NCBI RefSeq assembly: GCF_009914755.1
Contig: NC_060926.1
Strand: one strand, 5' to 3'
Source: the human T2T-CHM13v2.0 reference genome, Homo sapiens
Length of the DNA stretch: 64,000 nt
Within the stretch, counting starts at the first letter, position 1, and each line of letters opens with the position of its first letter. The notes below the pieces were generated by a model. That model saw only the letters and a program-made list of their open reading frames with translations, searched no databases and was not told the DNA's origin. The position numbers were made by a program, and so were the translations under genes. This document shows, piece after piece, positions 60,700 to 64,000 of the stretch.

Positions 60700-61850
60700 T
60701 CTGCATGCCTTATGTATTGGAAGGGAATACTGAGGTAGACTTGGAAGTCCTTGGCGCAGAGGTGTTGGCTGAAACCATCATAGCCCATGAGGTTACCCAC
60801 TGAAGCACAGTGTGGAGAGAGAGTGGGGGCTGAGCAAGGAGGGGCATTCCAGCAGTCAGGAGTGGGAGAAAGGAGAGGACCCGAGAAGGCCAGAAAGTGA
60901 GTAGTCACTGCGTCTTCAGGAGAACTGAAGAGGGTTATGGAAACAGAAGGGAGAGGTGTTTCAGGATGGAGCCAGTGGTCAGTGCAAGCATCCAAGAGGC
61001 CTGTGGAGTCACCATCTGGGATGGGTCCTTAAGCTGACCTGTGAGAGCTCCCGTTGGCTCGGATGCTCAGCCAGCTCCAGAACCACTGGCTTACGACCCA
61101 CCAGCTAAATAGGGCAGGATGTGAGTCAGGAGGAAGCAGCCACTCCTCAGGAGAGGATAGCAGTGCCAGGGCCCGCAGATATCTCAGAGAGCAGGTAGGG
61201 GGGCCTGGTGGGATGCTGGAGTGTAAGGGTCTGGAAGGGAGGAGCAATTGCCAGGAACCAGGACCAATTCAGACTGAAACCCTGTGTGGGACAGCTGAGC
61301 ACATAGGGTAGAAGAGTCACTAAAAGAGGCTCCTAGAACTTTGAAGCTGGTGGTTGCTTCAGTCAGTTGTTTGGACCCCAAAGTCTTCCTCACGGCCAGC
61401 AGGTTGGTGTTGGAGAAGAAGGGTGGAGCCAGCGTCTCAACAGTTGACTGGCACAGCCAGAGCCTTGGGAAGGAGAAAGACGATGCATGCAGGTGGCCTG
61501 AGGCTTTATGGGAGCAGGTGGAAGCAGAAAGTGCCTGCCAGGTCCCGTTGCCACCCCCAACCCAGACCCTTGGCACCTCCCCAGGACACTGGGCCCCCTG
61601 GTCACCTGGCCCTCATCTCTTCCTCATCATCTGTGGAACTTCAGGGATTCTAGGCTGGAGTGCAGTGCTTGGTGGTGGGACTTCAGGTTGGAGAGAGAGC
61701 CACAGTCCAGATCATGTGGCTTTGTAGGTCATGGCAAGGGTTTGGGATTTTATTTACAAGAGCTAGGACGCCACTGGAGGTGAGAGCAAGGAAGTGACTC
61801 GGTTTGACTCATGTTCTAACATATCCACTACATTTTCACTCTGCTGCTTT
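60700..61850. mobile_element. Degenerate L2 fragments
   Basis: ggaagtccttggcgcagaggtgttggctgaaaccat and ccagatcatgtggctttgtaggtcatggcaagggtttgggattttatt. Confidence 0.55.
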
Positions 61851-62689
61851 GTGAAGGCAGGGAGGTGACTGATGGAGGCTGGGGGGCGGGGAACCACCGC
61901 GAACCCCTTCAGGGATAGGGGTTGCTGGGCAGTACCTGCCATTCCTTAGAACATCTCAAGGATTAAAGTAGTCTAATTGGCTGTGGAGCTGTTTACATTA
62001 GGTGGAGCAGGGAGGTGCTCAGGAAAGGTCAGAAGTGCAGCCGTCAAGGTTCCAAGTTGTTGATGGAAGCCTAAGGCTTGACTAGGCCTCTGTCGCCCTT
62101 TGGAAGAGCGCTGGTTTTGTCAGAGACGCGGCTCCGTGTGATTGGTTTCACAGGCAGGCGGTGAGGAAAACAGAGGAGGCAAATTGGTGGGGCTTCCTCA
62201 GAGGGCACGTGTTGATACCTGTTGAGACCGCGACGCATGTACCCCTGACCACACTACCGCACAGACAGACACGCAGGCACGTAAACATGAGCAAGGATGG
62301 CCATTTGCAGCCAGGTCAGACAGAAGCTTGAATACAGCGCTCAGTTAATAATCTAGAGGACCTCTCCCCGGCAAAATGCCATGGGGGAGGATCTTCTGTT
62401 GATATGGTAAACATCTTCAGTAACAACAAAAAAGCAAGGTGCAGAACGTGGTGAGACTGCTAGTTTAATCATGCAGATTGGTGAGGCGCAAAGGCACAGA
62501 GCTTTCAAATCAATCAGTAACCCCAGTTTAATGGCATCTGGAAATGGTACCATCTTACCATAATATGCAGTTCTAAACCTCCTAAATGTTTATGGATGAT
62601 CCTTTTACTAGAAGGAAACCATGGGTGGACATGTGAGTACTGAGAAACACAGAAAGAATCCACTGTGAAGATGGGAAGAGCCAGTACAA

Positions 62690-63107
62690 TTTGGTATTTC
62701 CCGTGGCTGCAGTAACAAAGCACCACTAACTGCAGACTTAAAACAGCAGAAATGTATTCTGTCTTCGTTTTGAAAGGCAGAAATCCAAAATCAAGGTATC
62801 CTTAGGGCTCAGCTCCCCCGAAGGACTCTATGGGAGGATCCTTCTTGCCTCTTCCAGCCTCTGGTGGCCCCAGGCCATGCTTGGCTTGTGGCTGCAACAT
62901 GCCAATCCCTGGCCTGCCTTCACATGGCCTTCCCCTCTTCTGTCTTTTGTAAGGACACTTGTTCCCCCGGGTGACCCAGGATGAGTTCTTCCTCTCAAGG
63001 GTCCTTATTACATCTACAAGGGTCTTTTTTCCAAATAAACTCATTCACAGTTTCCAGGGGTCAGGACATGGGCATAGCTTCTGGGGGCCACCATTCAGCT
63101 GACCACA
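62690..63107. mobile_element. MLT1B/C-like LTR
   Basis: gtggctgcagtaacaaagcaccac...cttcttgcctcttccagcctctggtggcccc...gggggccaccattcagctgaccaca. Confidence 0.8.
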
Positions 63108-64000
63108 CCAGGTCACCATAGGATCTCATGAATATTTTGATTAGAAAATTTAACGTGGAGCAGTAAGCGCTGAGGCCGGATGCACTCCCAGCACTGCCCC
63201 TGTTCATGAGTCATCCCCCACCGCCCTGTCACCCGGTCTTGTGATCTGACATTGCCAGCCTGCCAGCCTCTGTGTGCCGGGTTGGGGATCTCAGAAGATG
63301 GGATTCCCACCTTGTCATGCCCTTGCTCTTGTGGTGCGTGAAAAGCCTTTAAATTCACATTTTTGTCGCGTTTTGTGTGTGTGCCAAGCTGAGGAGCTCT
63401 GACCAAGATAGAAGACGTTTCACTGGGAAATATGTGCCTGAAAGTCATGATCCAGGCCCCTTGTTCCGATGTACTGGGTACATTGCAGATTTTTCAAGAT
63501 GACTCTAAAGATGTTGGCGTTTTGAAACATTCTGTCAGAAAATTGTATTCAAAAAGCTTTGAGTGAACCTGTGCCATCTGCCCAACACAGCGGAATGCCG
63601 AAGAGGCTTAAGACACAGCTGTTACCGTCAAGAAGTTTTCAGAAGGCACCAAACAGATAAAACTGCTCTTGCTGAGTGGGGTAGATAACAGCTGGTCAGT
63701 GGCCAGCAGGTGTGATCCTGCAGGGTGAGAGCTAGTCCCAGACCACTGAATCTGGGTTAAGGATAGAGTCTAGGCCCTACCCTATACCTCCTGACCAAAT
63801 CCCAGGAACCAATCATGGTGCACGCCAGTAATTTAAAAACCAACCAGCAGCTTGGGAGTAAGGGTGGAGGTGCGACTGGGGCGTCCGCCAGAGTGTTCGG
63901 GGATGGGAGGAAGCTATTCCCAGGATCCTGGACCAGTAGCCCACCTGTTCCCTGCAGGGCCACACTGCTAGTCCCCACCCTCAAAGTCTACCCACAGCTC

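Overview
Primate (human or near-identical great-ape) genomic DNA covering the middle of the ciliary gene ARMC9 on the + strand. Seven GT-AG coding exons (1450-1573, 5131-5270, 6877-6953, 10554-10628, 19847-19937, 24692-24747, 60286-60390) join into one open frame of 668 nt. It encodes ARM-repeat sequence followed by an acidic D/E tract ([10 protein letters not shown]...LLTTEYLG). The rest is intron, including one of 35.5 kb, filled with about 45 Alus, L1/L2/MIR, MLT1/ERVL LTRs and DNA-transposon fossils (Charlie1, Tigger3a, MER20, MER58B, MER5A). Nearly all ORFs in the supplied track are repeat-derived or chance. No new multi-gene system is evident. Best leads: (1) a unique intronic island at about 37.4-38.35 kb with paired RFX X-box motifs around an ATG-containing, in-phase splice donor (possible internal promoter), plus a possible polyadenylated terminal exon and a ~45-bp hairpin; (2) a non-Alu ~150-bp inverted repeat with G:U-biased differences just upstream of an exon; (3) a recursive-splice-site-like motif; (4) several datable local duplications. 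Repeat boundaries and subfamily names were read by eye and are approximate.
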